This document shows, one piece after another, positions 39,272 through 49,500 of a stretch of DNA of 64,000 bases. Below the pieces are notes generated by a model. That model searched no databases and had not been told where the DNA came from. It saw only the letters and a program-made list of their open reading frames with translations. Position 1 is the first letter of the stretch. Each line of letters starts with the position of its first letter. This DNA comes from Candidatus Cloacimonadales bacterium (lineage in GTDB: Bacteria; Cloacimonadota; Cloacimonadia; Cloacimonadales; JAIOQZ01): the NCBI GenBank assembly GCA_963665815.1, contig OY762463.1, positions 992,001-1,056,000 on the forward strand. Reading direction: 5' to 3'. Made by a program: the position numbers and the translations under genes.

Positions 39272-41860
39272 CTAATTCTTCAATATTAGTTTCAAATCTT
39301 CAATAATACTCATTTTATATCCATGTGTCTCATATACAAGTTTATTGTCCTTGTTAAAGGTTAATACAAATGGATAAGAATTTAACTCTTCTGATAACTT
39401 TTCGCCATAGAATACTTGAACTCCATCAGGAATTTTCTTATGAATATTATTTTCTGTTCCAGCCTGATAAACAACAAGCTGAATATTCTTGTTCTCAACT
39501 GCATAACCAAGCAGTTGATTCCAGATTCTATCCTGAGGTTCAGATGTCTCTTCAGCAAATCCAACAATTATTTTATTCTTTTTAATATTTCCGTTTTCAG
39601 TCAAGAGTTTTCCGAGCTTATCCTTAATTTTCTGTGCTACAGTTTCATTTTTACGTTCTGGAGCAGGATGTTTAATCTCCGGTATTTTCAAATCTACATG
39701 TATCGTTGCAGAATCGTTGATATCCTCAATACTCTTACAGAAGAAATTGTAATCACCGTTTTTATTTCGGACATAAGATTGCAGCATTATCCTGGATTCG
39801 GGAGTTTTATAGAAGCTGCATTTAACTGTAAGAGAATCCTTTTCCTTTACTTCAAAATAAGTATAGCTATATATACCCTCTTCACTTTGCGACGCCACAA
39901 GGAAATTTTTATACTGATCAGGTTTAATACTTTCACCATCAACACTCATGGTTAAGAAGAAATGTTTGAGAACCCTTGATTTCTGTTCTTCACTGGTTTC
40001 CTTATCTATGGGCACTGGTATAAAATCATTTCCATTATAATACTCAAGAATTCCTTTCCATCTCAAAGGAACTCCGGCAAGAGTTAATGCACTCTCGAGC
40101 AATACAAGTCTGTCGGTTTCACTTATGTACTTATTATTAAGGATATCAAGTGGATTTCTTGTACCTGTAAAGTATGTATATACAACATCCTTATCAAGTT
40201 TTGTGGATTTCATCACCCATTTGGAAAGATTTCCAACAGTTTCATCGATACTATCAGTTATCTTGTCCTCGATCATCGTTTTCAAGTTTTTCTGCCACCC
40301 ATTTTGAGGACTTAATCTTGAAAATACAGGATCAATCACATGGTTAACCCAGATACTGTCGGTATATTCCGATTTGTTTTTATTTATTGAGTAGATATCC
40401 ACAATGTTTCTAATTGATTCGGAATCAGGCAGCTCAATCAAATCTTTCAGATCCCACTTAAGTATAAGGCTATTCAGCACATATGTACCTGTAGAGTTAT
40501 CTTCAGCTTTCAAAGCTTTATATACTTTCAAGTAATCTTCTGTAGCACCATATAACTGATTTGCCTTATCAAGATACTCTCTTCTGTAATCCTTTTCATC
40601 ACTTCCATAATATTTGTCTTTCCCAGGAAGTTCGAAATACTCAAGAAATTCAATATCTTTCATTTGCTTTTGCAGTTTATTTTCCCTTGTAAGAGTAGAA
40701 ATTTTTGCTCGGTATTCATAATCATCAAGAATATCAGCTTCTTTTTCATGATCTTTGACAACATAGTTGAAATAGACATTATATCTCTTTTCAAACTGCT
40801 CATAAGGAGCAATTGTAATTTTAACTTTATCATCTTCTACAGTATCCAGAGTCGCCATACCTATTTTATCATCTTTTACTGCCATAACAAAACAACCTGT
40901 TAAGCCTAAGGTGAGTACAAGTTTTCCGTCCTTATCTGTTTTTTTGCTGAGGAATGGAAACAAACCACCAAATGAAGCTGCATATAAAGTAATTTCAGCA
41001 TTTTTTACAGGTTTTGATTTTTCATCAACTACAGATAATTCTGTTCGAACAACATCTGAATAGTATTTAGTAGTGATCAACTTTGTTACATTGTTTTCCT
41101 GAAGGACAGTATCTGAGTCCTTAAAATTACCGAAAACATTTGAAGTGACCATTGTAGCTCTGCTTGTTGCCTGGGTAAACCAGGTGTCATTCAGTCTGTT
41201 AGCAATTTCCCCAATATATTTCCATCCTGTGGGAGTCCAGACTTCAATCCAGGCATGATTACTGTCAGTAAAGTTCCAGTAAGGAGCTGATGCAGTCCTT
41301 GCCGGAATACCAACACTTCTTGCTGCAGCGATATAAATGATCATTGTTTCTTCACAACGACCTTTACCTCTTCTTATTGTAGTAAGAGGTCCCTGATCTC
41401 TTCCGGAAGTCTGTTGAAACACCATCTGTTCGTTACACCATAAGTTAACCAGAACAATTGCCTCTTCCATAGTTTCAGCATTTTGGACAATTGGATAGAG
41501 CTCGTCATAGAACCTTTTTCTCCAGTTTTCAAGCGGTTCTTGGGACACTCTATGTGGAAGTACAAAATGTTTGAAGAGCTTTTCGCTCATCTGACTTGAG
41601 TACTTGAACTCTCTAGTCCTTATTGCATACTCAATGTTTGTTTTAAGGTATTCAGCAGTCAGTACTCCCAGATCCTGATCCGATGCGTTTTCCAGAATAA
41701 ACTGAGCGTATTCTGCAGTTTTTGGGTCTTCATACTTAGTTAATTGAATCAGCGCTTTAGCATTTTTCCCGGAATATTTCTTAATTCTCTTAACTAAACT
41801 GCCGGCATTCAAGTTAAATGCTAATACAGCAATAAAAAATAAAATGGTTAGTTTTTTCAT
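39272..41860 (-). CDS. Secreted transglutaminase-like domain protein
   Basis: VLP.RV..E.LE.WR; GRCEE; RSVGIPAR; NHAWIE. Confidence 0.85.
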   Translation of the reverse strand: MKKLTILFFIAVLAFNLNAGSLVKRIKKYSGKNAKALIQLTKYEDPKTAEYAQFILENASDQDLGVLTAEYLKTNIEYAIRTREFKYSSQMSEKLFKHFVLPHRVSQEPLENWRKRFYDELYPIVQNAETMEEAIVLVNLWCNEQMVFQQTSGRDQGPLTTIRRGKGRCEETMIIYIAAARSVGIPARTASAPYWNFTDSNHAWIEVWTPTGWKYIGEIANRLNDTWFTQATSRATMVTSNVFGNFKDSDTVLQENNVTKLITTKYYSDVVRTELSVVDEKSKPVKNAEITLYAASFGGLFPFLSKKTDKDGKLVLTLGLTGCFVMAVKDDKIGMATLDTVEDDKVKITIAPYEQFEKRYNVYFNYVVKDHEKEADILDDYEYRAKISTLTRENKLQKQMKDIEFLEYFELPGKDKYYGSDEKDYRREYLDKANQLYGATEDYLKVYKALKAEDNSTGTYVLNSLILKWDLKDLIELPDSESIRNIVDIYSINKNKSEYTDSIWVNHVIDPVFSRLSPQNGWQKNLKTMIEDKITDSIDETVGNLSKWVMKSTKLDKDVVYTYFTGTRNPLDILNNKYISETDRLVLLESALTLAGVPLRWKGILEYYNGNDFIPVPIDKETSEEQKSRVLKHFFLTMSVDGESIKPDQYKNFLVASQSEEGIYSYTYFEVKEKDSLTVKCSFYKTPESRIMLQSYVRNKNGDYNFFCKSIEDINDSATIHVDLKIPEIKHPAPERKNETVAQKIKDKLGKLLTENGNIKKNKIIVGFAEETSEPQDRIWNQLLGYAVENKNIQLVVYQAGTENNIHKKIPDGVQVFYGEKLSEELNSYPFVLTFNKDNKLVYETHGYKMSIIEDLKLILKN

Positions 41861-41881
41861 TAAATCTCCAGTTATCTATTT

Positions 41882-42037
41882 TTAAATGAGATCTTTGCAT
41901 AATTTGGGGCAGTTGATTCGATTATAGAATTCATCAAATTCTGATTCAAAATGAACTTCTCTGAGAAGCTTTCTTGATGATTTCAAGAATCTCATCGATA
42001 CTTCATCCCAAAGCTGCTTGATTTTACTATTATGCAT
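41882..42037 (-). CDS. Small 51-aa hypothetical protein (below the ORF track cut-off)
   Basis: AGGAG RBS; fills the gap between co-oriented genes; MHNSKIKQLW...NCPKLCKDLI. Confidence 0.55.
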   Translation of the reverse strand: MHNSKIKQLWDEVSMRFLKSSRKLLREVHFESEFDEFYNRINCPKLCKDLI

Positions 42038-42044
42038 AGCTCTC

Positions 42045-43535
42045 CTAATATATAAAACAATAATCTATCAACGCTCTTGTAGAGTCGTAATTAATAAGTG
42101 AATCATCATTGTACTCAAGCGACAGTTTTACCTGATGGTGCCTGTTTGGCCTCCAGGTTAAAACACCTGTAATAGTCTGTTCATCTGATTTTTCACCGTC
42201 AAGCCACCTTGCTTCATCAGACTGACGTGTATTGTAGTTCAATAATGCTGAATTTCCTGTACTTCCTTTTTTTACCATAGAATATGCCATATCAAATTTT
42301 ATTCGCTTGCAGATTCTCAGATTCAGTTCTGTTGTAAAGTCAACAAAGTTTGCTCCATCAGGATGCCCAAGCGATATCTGATCATGAGTAAATTTGTTTT
42401 CCTGAATCTTATGAGTATATAACCATGGTCTGGCAGCAGTATACTCGAATGTTAATTTTGGTTTCATCAAGAATTCTGATTTGAAGGAAACACCTGTCTG
42501 TAAAGCGTATTTATTGCCCCACCAGTCAGATGTCAGTTCAGATTTTCTTAGTTCATCAAAAATAAAACTGCCATAAAATGTCATCCAGTCTTTTGGAATA
42601 TATCTGTAACCTGCAAAGATCAGTATGTTATCTCTGTCTCTGAGGTTGTGTTCAGTAACCCTGTAAAATGTATGAGGAAGAAGATAGCTGAGATCAGCTC
42701 CCCTACCGGAATAAATAACTTCTTCACCTACGTACATCATGAATTTTTCAGAAGGTTTCCAAGATAATTTGTGATAAACAAGGTGTTTATCTTCGTAGTC
42801 TTTCGGGTGATCTCCATCTTCGGAAAGGTATGATCTCGTACTGTCCGGAATCAACATGGCATCTGCAAAATCTATCTCGAAATCCCCCATCTGATAAGTC
42901 CACTTGAAAAATCCGTACTCATTGCAGTCATCATTCAGAATAATACTTCCTGAGATATTATCTCCTATAGATAAAGAAGATCTTCCAAGTTTGAAAGTTC
43001 CAAATTTCGTCTCAGCCTGAATCCAGGCAGTTAAATTATCCGTCTGAATTTTATCCGGACCATCCAGCTTGTAGAATGAATCTAATATTTTTGTAGATTC
43101 CTTAACATACTCAACATCTCTTTTAAAATATCCTGCCCACCAGTTTGCATGAAGCTTAACATTCTCGCTCATCTGAGAATTCAATATAAGCCCTCTGTAT
43201 GTGAAATAGTAATCTGCATCCTTATTATATCCAAAGCTCGCCCCACCCTGAAATTGTAATTGCAGAAAAGACTCATTATTGTTCCAGCTGTATCGCCATA
43301 AAGCACCTTCGTCGGTTCTGATAAAATCACTAAAATTCTTTTTTAAGTTATTAACAGAAGAAAGAGCAAATCCATCAGTTGTTGTGATAATTTCATACTT
43401 ATCAATATAATCTCTATCGGATAAGGTGAATTTATTAATTCTTGAATTGATGGAATTCTCTGCAGTTAAAAAGCTGATAAACATTAAAAGTATAAGTAGA
43501 TACAATGTCTTTGTCATTTTTGGATAATCCTTCAT
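42045..43535 (-). CDS. Wzi-like outer-membrane beta-barrel protein
   Basis: Signal peptide; E.VIY, SYLLP, YG.FIFDE, RPWLYTH, LGHPDG.N. Confidence 0.7.
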   Translation of the reverse strand: MKDYPKMTKTLYLLILLMFISFLTAENSINSRINKFTLSDRDYIDKYEIITTTDGFALSSVNNLKKNFSDFIRTDEGALWRYSWNNNESFLQLQFQGGASFGYNKDADYYFTYRGLILNSQMSENVKLHANWWAGYFKRDVEYVKESTKILDSFYKLDGPDKIQTDNLTAWIQAETKFGTFKLGRSSLSIGDNISGSIILNDDCNEYGFFKWTYQMGDFEIDFADAMLIPDSTRSYLSEDGDHPKDYEDKHLVYHKLSWKPSEKFMMYVGEEVIYSGRGADLSYLLPHTFYRVTEHNLRDRDNILIFAGYRYIPKDWMTFYGSFIFDELRKSELTSDWWGNKYALQTGVSFKSEFLMKPKLTFEYTAARPWLYTHKIQENKFTHDQISLGHPDGANFVDFTTELNLRICKRIKFDMAYSMVKKGSTGNSALLNYNTRQSDEARWLDGEKSDEQTITGVLTWRPNRHHQVKLSLEYNDDSLINYDSTRALIDYCFIY

Positions 43536-43580
43536 TTAGTATACAGTATGAAAATTATATTACTGTGATTCAGTCTATAA

Positions 43581-44333
43581 TTATTTTTTAAGCGTATTTA
43601 TTGCTTCATGTACTGTTTGTACAGTAAATTTTCTATCTTTCACAAAATCCATTATCTTTATGAAATCATGAATCTGGCAGACATCCGGATAACTCCAGTC
43701 AATGTTTTCGAATACTCTGTGGAAACCGATTATTATCAGGTCTTCCCCACTGTTTACTCCATGGATAATCCTCTGAATCACATCATCTGCCCGGTAATCA
43801 GTCTGATAATAGAAATATCCCAGGTATTCCTGATTCACAGGTACTCTCATACTCAAATCAAGACTTGTCCTGATTATTGAGTAATAATCATTGATTAAAT
43901 CAAAATGCTCAGGAGTAGCATGTCCGGAAGGAAGTGCAAAACTATGCATTACAAAACCCTGTTTCCTGAAAAAGTTGTAATCTTCTTCAATCTGGTACTT
44001 CGCTTCTTCATAGGTGAAATCGGGTAGATTAACATGATCAATCGTATGACCGCCTATTTCCCATCCATCATTATACATTTCGTGAAGCCGATCTATTGTC
44101 ATGTCATTCCCAAGTCCAACAGACCCGGAATTAAGATAAAGTGTCCCCTCAAAATCATAGTCCTTCATGATACGATAAGCATTCTCATATATAGTTTTGT
44201 CTCCGTCATCGAAAGTGAAGACGATTATAGGGTCAGAGTTTCTTACTTCCTGACATCCTGAAAGACAGAAAATCAGGAGTGCTATACTAATCCATCCAGG
44301 AAGACCATGAAACCAGTGTCTGTAAGCCGACAT
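43581..44333 (-). CDS. Polysaccharide deacetylase (CE4) lipoprotein
   Basis: FTFDDG, WEIGGHTIDH, FALPSG, GFH; lipobox LSGC. Confidence 0.85.
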   Translation of the reverse strand: MSAYRHWFHGLPGWISIALLIFCLSGCQEVRNSDPIIVFTFDDGDKTIYENAYRIMKDYDFEGTLYLNSGSVGLGNDMTIDRLHEMYNDGWEIGGHTIDHVNLPDFTYEEAKYQIEEDYNFFRKQGFVMHSFALPSGHATPEHFDLINDYYSIIRTSLDLSMRVPVNQEYLGYFYYQTDYRADDVIQRIIHGVNSGEDLIIIGFHRVFENIDWSYPDVCQIHDFIKIMDFVKDRKFTVQTVHEAINTLKK

Positions 44334-45405
44334 AATAGGAATCATCTCCGTAATTGCATGAATTGTATGCCCCTTCCAGACCAACAGTCCAGAAATGAGC
44401 AACTTTGTAGTTAAGTATTGTAGAAACATCTCTTTCGATTGAGTAATCAGTTTCATTATATATAAATGTGTTAATTAATTCAAGTTTTTCGAAACTTGAT
44501 TTAGCCTGAGCAGATATCCTGCTTGTATATTTAGAATCATCTTTTTCTTCTCTGAGATAACCACATGATAGTCTGATAAATTTATCAATCCTGTAATTCA
44601 GTTCTGTATAACCGCTTAACATGCTTTTTCTTTTCGTTCTCGTGCCCTTCATCATGTCTTTATAACAAAGATATGTCTTAACATCAGTATTATAGAATGA
44701 TTTCTCAAGTTCAATATCAAACATGTTTGTAGACTGGTTATAATCGTTATCTCTCCCAATATACAAAAAACCTATTTTAAGCAATTCAAGTGGTTTCAAG
44801 GTGGCACCAATAAGTACTCTATTTATTGAATTAGTCCCTCCATATAATGAAGGCAAAAATCCTTTTTCATTTAAATTCTGCAAATGCAAACCATTAAACC
44901 GCATCTGGTCAATCATAGGCTTGTTGTAAAAGCCTGATCGTACTGTTTGATTATCTATCTCAGATTCTTTCCCAACATTCAGGTATGAATAGTTATAAAT
45001 AATATCATAATCCGTATCAAACATTTGTCGACGAATCTCTATTCTATTCAGTTCGACGGCTTCTTCCAAACCTTTCTGATAATTCTTCAGCTCTATATTG
45101 AAATATGTTTTTGATTTGTGATAATATGAGAATCCCGGCATAATATGAAAATCGTCTCTCATTGTCTGCTTTTTCTCTTTTCTTGGACGATAATAATCAA
45201 CACCATATCTTGAACCCGTTTTAAGGTAATATTCATGTGTCATTGTATTCGTACGACGATGTAAAAAATGATGTGAAAAAGCTACTTCTTGGTCCTTCAA
45301 TCTTGACAAAACACTCTCATCCTGTATATAAAAACAGGAAATGGGGGAAAAAATCCCCCATATTATAATAGTAATTAAAATATATTTGAATAATCCGTTT
45401 GGCAT
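44287..45405 (-). CDS. Probable outer-membrane beta-barrel protein
   Basis: Signal peptide; amphipathic strands; aromatic C-terminus. Confidence 0.55.
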   Translation of the reverse strand: MPNGLFKYILITIIIWGIFSPISCFYIQDESVLSRLKDQEVAFSHHFLHRRTNTMTHEYYLKTGSRYGVDYYRPRKEKKQTMRDDFHIMPGFSYYHKSKTYFNIELKNYQKGLEEAVELNRIEIRRQMFDTDYDIIYNYSYLNVGKESEIDNQTVRSGFYNKPMIDQMRFNGLHLQNLNEKGFLPSLYGGTNSINRVLIGATLKPLELLKIGFLYIGRDNDYNQSTNMFDIELEKSFYNTDVKTYLCYKDMMKGTRTKRKSMLSGYTELNYRIDKFIRLSCGYLREEKDDSKYTSRISAQAKSSFEKLELINTFIYNETDYSIERDVSTILNYKVAHFWTVGLEGAYNSCNYGDDSYYVGLQTLVSWSSWMD

Positions 45406-45410
45406 TTTTC

Positions 45411-46133
45411 TTAGAATGTTTCTTCTGGATATTTCTTTTCGAGTTTCTTCTTCAGCTTTTTGTATTCTTTATTCTTATCGTTATGCTTAAGAATTCTGAG
45501 ATGAATTTTGCCTTCGGAAACGGAACTTAATTCTTCTTCTGCATCTTCAATATCCTTACCTTTATATGAAAGACCTGTTTTAAAAGTCTCAAGCGCTTCC
45601 TCGTATTTTCCCATCTCATCCTGAACATCAGCAAGCATAATGTATGCATCGTAATGTTCTTTTCTGGTTTCGATTGCTTTTTTCAGAGCAACTTCTGATT
45701 GTTCAAGTTTTCCGCTTTTGAAATAAGCCTCGCCTTTATGTCGCCAAGGGCAGGACCATTTTGGAGAAGCTTCGTTTATCTTGTTATAAACTTCAATACT
45801 TTCATCAAACATATTGAGACTGAGAAGAAGATTAGCATAACCGAACTTTTCTCCGGCATTGAGTGAATCCATATTGGTATCAAAGTAATCAAGCTGCTGA
45901 CCTAATTCGGTAACAAGAACATAAGCAGCCATCAGATGACTTCTGGAATCAAAATTGTTTTTGTCTATTTTGCTATAGAAATGATCCATTGCACTCTTGA
46001 AATTTTCATAGGATTTATCAGCGGAATAAATCTGGAAAGGATCTTTCTGTTTCTGCTGTTCCTGTTTCTCAGCTTCTGCTGAAAGCATCATGAATATCAT
46101 TGTAATACTAAGAAATAAAATAAATTTTTTCAT
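45411..46133 (-). CDS. Exported TPR protein
   Basis: Signal peptide MKKFILF; TPR repeats. Confidence 0.8.
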   Translation of the reverse strand: MKKFILFLSITMIFMMLSAEAEKQEQQKQKDPFQIYSADKSYENFKSAMDHFYSKIDKNNFDSRSHLMAAYVLVTELGQQLDYFDTNMDSLNAGEKFGYANLLLSLNMFDESIEVYNKINEASPKWSCPWRHKGEAYFKSGKLEQSEVALKKAIETRKEHYDAYIMLADVQDEMGKYEEALETFKTGLSYKGKDIEDAEEELSSVSEGKIHLRILKHNDKNKEYKKLKKKLEKKYPEETF

Positions 46134-46207
46134 ATTTTCTACCTTTATCCTCTTTTTGTTAAAAAAACTATAGACAAGTAATTTAGTCAAAATATTTTTG
46201 CAGAGTT

Positions 46208-46284
46208 GCGCCTGTGGCTCAATTGGATAGAGCATCTGACTTCGGATCAGAGGGTTAGGGGTTCGAGTCCTCTCAGGCGCGCCA
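46208..46284 (+). tRNA. tRNA-Arg, anticodon UCG, encoded CCA
   Basis: Acceptor GCGCCTG/CAGGCGC; anticodon arm TCTGA-CTTCGGA-TCAGA; GGTTCGAGTCC. Confidence 0.95.
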
Positions 46285-46294
46285 TTCTATTGTT

Positions 46295-46582
46295 TTATAT
46301 AATCTTACGACAAACATGCACTTCCGACTTAGCATTTGCCAACTCACCAATTTCAGGAACTAATCTTTTAAAATGTTCAGCATTGAAATGTGCTTCAAGA
46401 TGTTTCTCAGACTCCCATTCCTCTACTACAATAAGAAAATGTTTTTCCTTCATGTTCTGGATAATATCGTACTTAAGGCAGCCTTTTTCTTTTCGTGTTT
46501 CTGCAGCCAGTTCTGCATAAAGTTCTATTGCTTTACCAATATTTTCAGGTTTGATATTTGCTTTGGCAATTACATTTATCAT
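46295..46582 (-). CDS. Antibiotic biosynthesis monooxygenase-family (putative quinol monooxygenase)
   Basis: TRKEKGCLKYD, EEWES..L.AH...HF. Confidence 0.88.
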   Translation of the reverse strand: MINVIAKANIKPENIGKAIELYAELAAETRKEKGCLKYDIIQNMKEKHFLIVVEEWESEKHLEAHFNAEHFKRLVPEIGELANAKSEVHVCRKII

Positions 46583-46731
46583 CAAAACCTCCTTATAAAT
46601 GCAGATTGTCAGTGATTGAATCAGAGTCAATATTTTTATATGGAATATTATTATCTGATATTCAATTCTTGACAGTAATTTTTAATTTACAATATTTATT
46701 TTAGAAAATCAAATCAAAAAAAGAGGTAGAT

Positions 46732-48234
46732 ATGATTAGAAAATACTTACTTATTTTTACTTTACTGGCAATGAGCTTCATGCTGTTTGCTGAAGAAGAA
46801 AAGGAAAACGACAAAAGCTACGGAATGGGACTTGGTGTCGGTTCTGTGATGATCAATGGTAACTCATATACAAGACTTCGTCTTATGCCTGAAATATCTT
46901 TCTGGAAAATAGGAATCGGTCTCGATGCAGATATCCTTATAGATGAAGACGGTAACCTTAGAAAAGAAGACTGGGATGAAGGCGAAGACTGGCTCAACAA
47001 GATATATTACATCAGATATGGTCAACGCGGAGATTCCTTCTACGGAAGATTCGGTGGATTCAAAGATTTTTCAATGGGTAAAGGACTTGTTATGTCCGGT
47101 TACTCCAATATGCTGAGATATCCTGAACATAGACAGCTTGGTCTGCAGCTTGGTGGAAAACTTCCAATTATGAATATTACTATGGAAGGTTTCACCTCCA
47201 ATATTCAGGAAAATGATATCATGGCCGGAAGACTTACAATACAGCCACTCACAAAAATGTCTTTACCAATCCTCAGCAATATCACATTTGGTGGAACATT
47301 TGCTACTGACCAGAATCAACTCAATGGTCTCATTGATACAGATGGAGACGGTTATGCAGATGCTCAGGATTTTAAACCTTTTGATGATTCAGTATGGAAT
47401 GAAATAGATACTCATTATGAAACTGCTCGAAGAGAGTATTTCAGGAATTATAATGTAATTACAACTGAAGACAGTTTAGAGTTTGAAGAATATTTCGCTA
47501 CAGATCCATATTATCAGAGCAGACGAAGTACAAAAATTAGTGAAAAACCTAGGAGAGTTGTTAATGTATTTGGTATTGATTATGACCTGCCAATCATTAA
47601 GGGAGACTTATTCAATCTTTCACATTATGGTGAAGCTGCAATGATTCAGGACCATAATATGGGATTTATCTTTCCTGGTTTCTACTCCAAATTCTTGATT
47701 TTTGATATTAATCTTGAATTCAGAATGTATCAGGATGATTTCGAGCCGGCTTTCTTCGATGAGTTATATGAAGAAAACAGATCTGCTTTTAAAAAAGCTC
47801 CGGACAGTACCCAATATATTGTAGCCAAATCAGATTTGATTAAGTTGAATACAGAATCTAAAGGCTGGTATGGTAAAATCAGGGCTGACCTCTTTAAAAC
47901 TCTTTACTTCACCGTAGATTATGAAGATATGCAAGGAGATGATAATCTGGATAATCAATCTTTCAGCGCAGCATTAGAGCTCCAAAAAACATTTATACCT
48001 AAATTATCTACAGCTAAAATTGAGTACATTCAACGAAATGAAGATCAAGTTCTGAAGGACTTTAAAACACCTAACACATATCTTATCGGAACAATTGCAT
48101 ATAATCTGGCAGACAACGTAAATTACGTTTGGAGATATCAGGAAAGATATATTGATAAGAATGATAATGGTGAAATCAAGGGTAAGGAAGAAACGATAAC
48201 AACAACATCAATGGGTGTAGAAATTAGATTCTAA
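46732..48234 (+). CDS. Outer-membrane beta-barrel protein with Ca-binding DxDxDG inserts
   Basis: Signal peptide; KIYYIRYG; DTDGDGYAD; C-terminal Phe. Confidence 0.65.
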   Translation: MIRKYLLIFTLLAMSFMLFAEEEKENDKSYGMGLGVGSVMINGNSYTRLRLMPEISFWKIGIGLDADILIDEDGNLRKEDWDEGEDWLNKIYYIRYGQRGDSFYGRFGGFKDFSMGKGLVMSGYSNMLRYPEHRQLGLQLGGKLPIMNITMEGFTSNIQENDIMAGRLTIQPLTKMSLPILSNITFGGTFATDQNQLNGLIDTDGDGYADAQDFKPFDDSVWNEIDTHYETARREYFRNYNVITTEDSLEFEEYFATDPYYQSRRSTKISEKPRRVVNVFGIDYDLPIIKGDLFNLSHYGEAAMIQDHNMGFIFPGFYSKFLIFDINLEFRMYQDDFEPAFFDELYEENRSAFKKAPDSTQYIVAKSDLIKLNTESKGWYGKIRADLFKTLYFTVDYEDMQGDDNLDNQSFSAALELQKTFIPKLSTAKIEYIQRNEDQVLKDFKTPNTYLIGTIAYNLADNVNYVWRYQERYIDKNDNGEIKGKEETITTTSMGVEIRF

Positions 48235-48258
48235 GCCTGTTTACAGATAAAGTATTTT

Positions 48259-48287
48259 AAGCCTGTAATGATTATTGCAGGCTTTTC
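48259..48287 (+). terminator. Intrinsic terminator
   Basis: AAGCCTGTAAT/ATTGCAGGCTT followed by T tract. Confidence 0.75.
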
Positions 48288-48461
48288 TTATTCGTATTAT
48301 GAACGGTTATTGAAATACAGAACATTATGAATATAATTCAACATTAACTGTTATTCAAGCAAATATTTAAAACAAAAAAATAAGTAGATTAACATTTTTT
48401 CCTTGCATTGTCACAACAAAAAAAATTCTTGGACGTAAATCTTAAAAAGAAGCAGGTAATT

Positions 48462-49433
48462 TTGACTAGGTATCTAATTGTATGTATGGTAATTGTGTTT
48501 GTTGCTCTATGCAGTTGTGAGAAAAAGAACGAACATGAAACAGGTGAAATTTGTATTGTAGACTCTCTTGGCTGGCAGGAAAGCTCCGACTATGCATTTA
48601 CAGGTTTATGTTCGATAGAGTCATATAAAGGTGAATTATACATTCTTTCCACTTATATGTCCGAATTCTATGTATATGATCTCAAGACACTCGAGTTTAA
48701 AAGAAAATTTGGTATTAAAGGCAAGGGACCTGGTGAGATTCTTCATGCCTATTATTTTACATTTGACGATGATGGAAATATCGTAGTTGCTGATGAAGAG
48801 AACAACAGAATCTCCTGGTTCTCAAGAGAAGGTAAATTCCTTAAAGAGCTTAAAGCCTCTGCCCCGACAGTAATTCATAATTATGATGGAACTATATACT
48901 ATGCAAATATCTCGACTGATCCGAAGTTTGGAATTTACAAACTCGAAGAAGGTCGTAAAGTCAGGATATTTAATTTAAAGAAACTCGCTGAGAATTATGA
49001 ACTTCCATTGCTGAAAAGAAATATGGATTTCATAGTCAAAGATGGATTTACTTTTGTTTCCTTCCATCACTATCCGGATAAGTTGTTCAAATTCAAAGAC
49101 AATACTCTTGTTACTCTGAAAAACTCATGCAGCTTCACACCTCTTGGTTCATCAGATCTGTATGAAGGTACGGACCTTTTTGCACAAATACAATATAGTA
49201 TCAAAAAACCCGATTCTGGTGAAAAACTGACTTCAGCTCAAGAATGTGCTGAATTGGTTGGAGTTGACGGTAAACTCGTCGAATATGATTATTCTGGAAA
49301 AATACAGTGCGAATATAAGCTACCGGAAAAGATATTCTGTCATATTTATTCATTCAACAGATCAGGCAATACTGTAATTATGCAGGACATGTATTCAGGA
49401 ATTGTATATAAACTCAAACTAAAAAGAACATAA
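48462..49433 (+). CDS. 6-bladed beta-propeller (NHL-like) lipoprotein
   Basis: Lipobox LCSC; FGIKGKGPGE; DEENNRI; shares VDSLGWQE with 23255-24192. Confidence 0.75.
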   Translation: MTRYLIVCMVIVFVALCSCEKKNEHETGEICIVDSLGWQESSDYAFTGLCSIESYKGELYILSTYMSEFYVYDLKTLEFKRKFGIKGKGPGEILHAYYFTFDDDGNIVVADEENNRISWFSREGKFLKELKASAPTVIHNYDGTIYYANISTDPKFGIYKLEEGRKVRIFNLKKLAENYELPLLKRNMDFIVKDGFTFVSFHHYPDKLFKFKDNTLVTLKNSCSFTPLGSSDLYEGTDLFAQIQYSIKKPDSGEKLTSAQECAELVGVDGKLVEYDYSGKIQCEYKLPEKIFCHIYSFNRSGNTVIMQDMYSGIVYKLKLKRT

Positions 49434-49500
49434 AAAAAGCTGATGAAAATATCACCAGCCTATATTCTACATTAGAAGTATATAAACAGAAATTCTATAC

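Noticed and set aside
46208-46300. tRNA as an integration site
   Set aside because: No integrase and no duplicated tRNA 3' end noticed in the window
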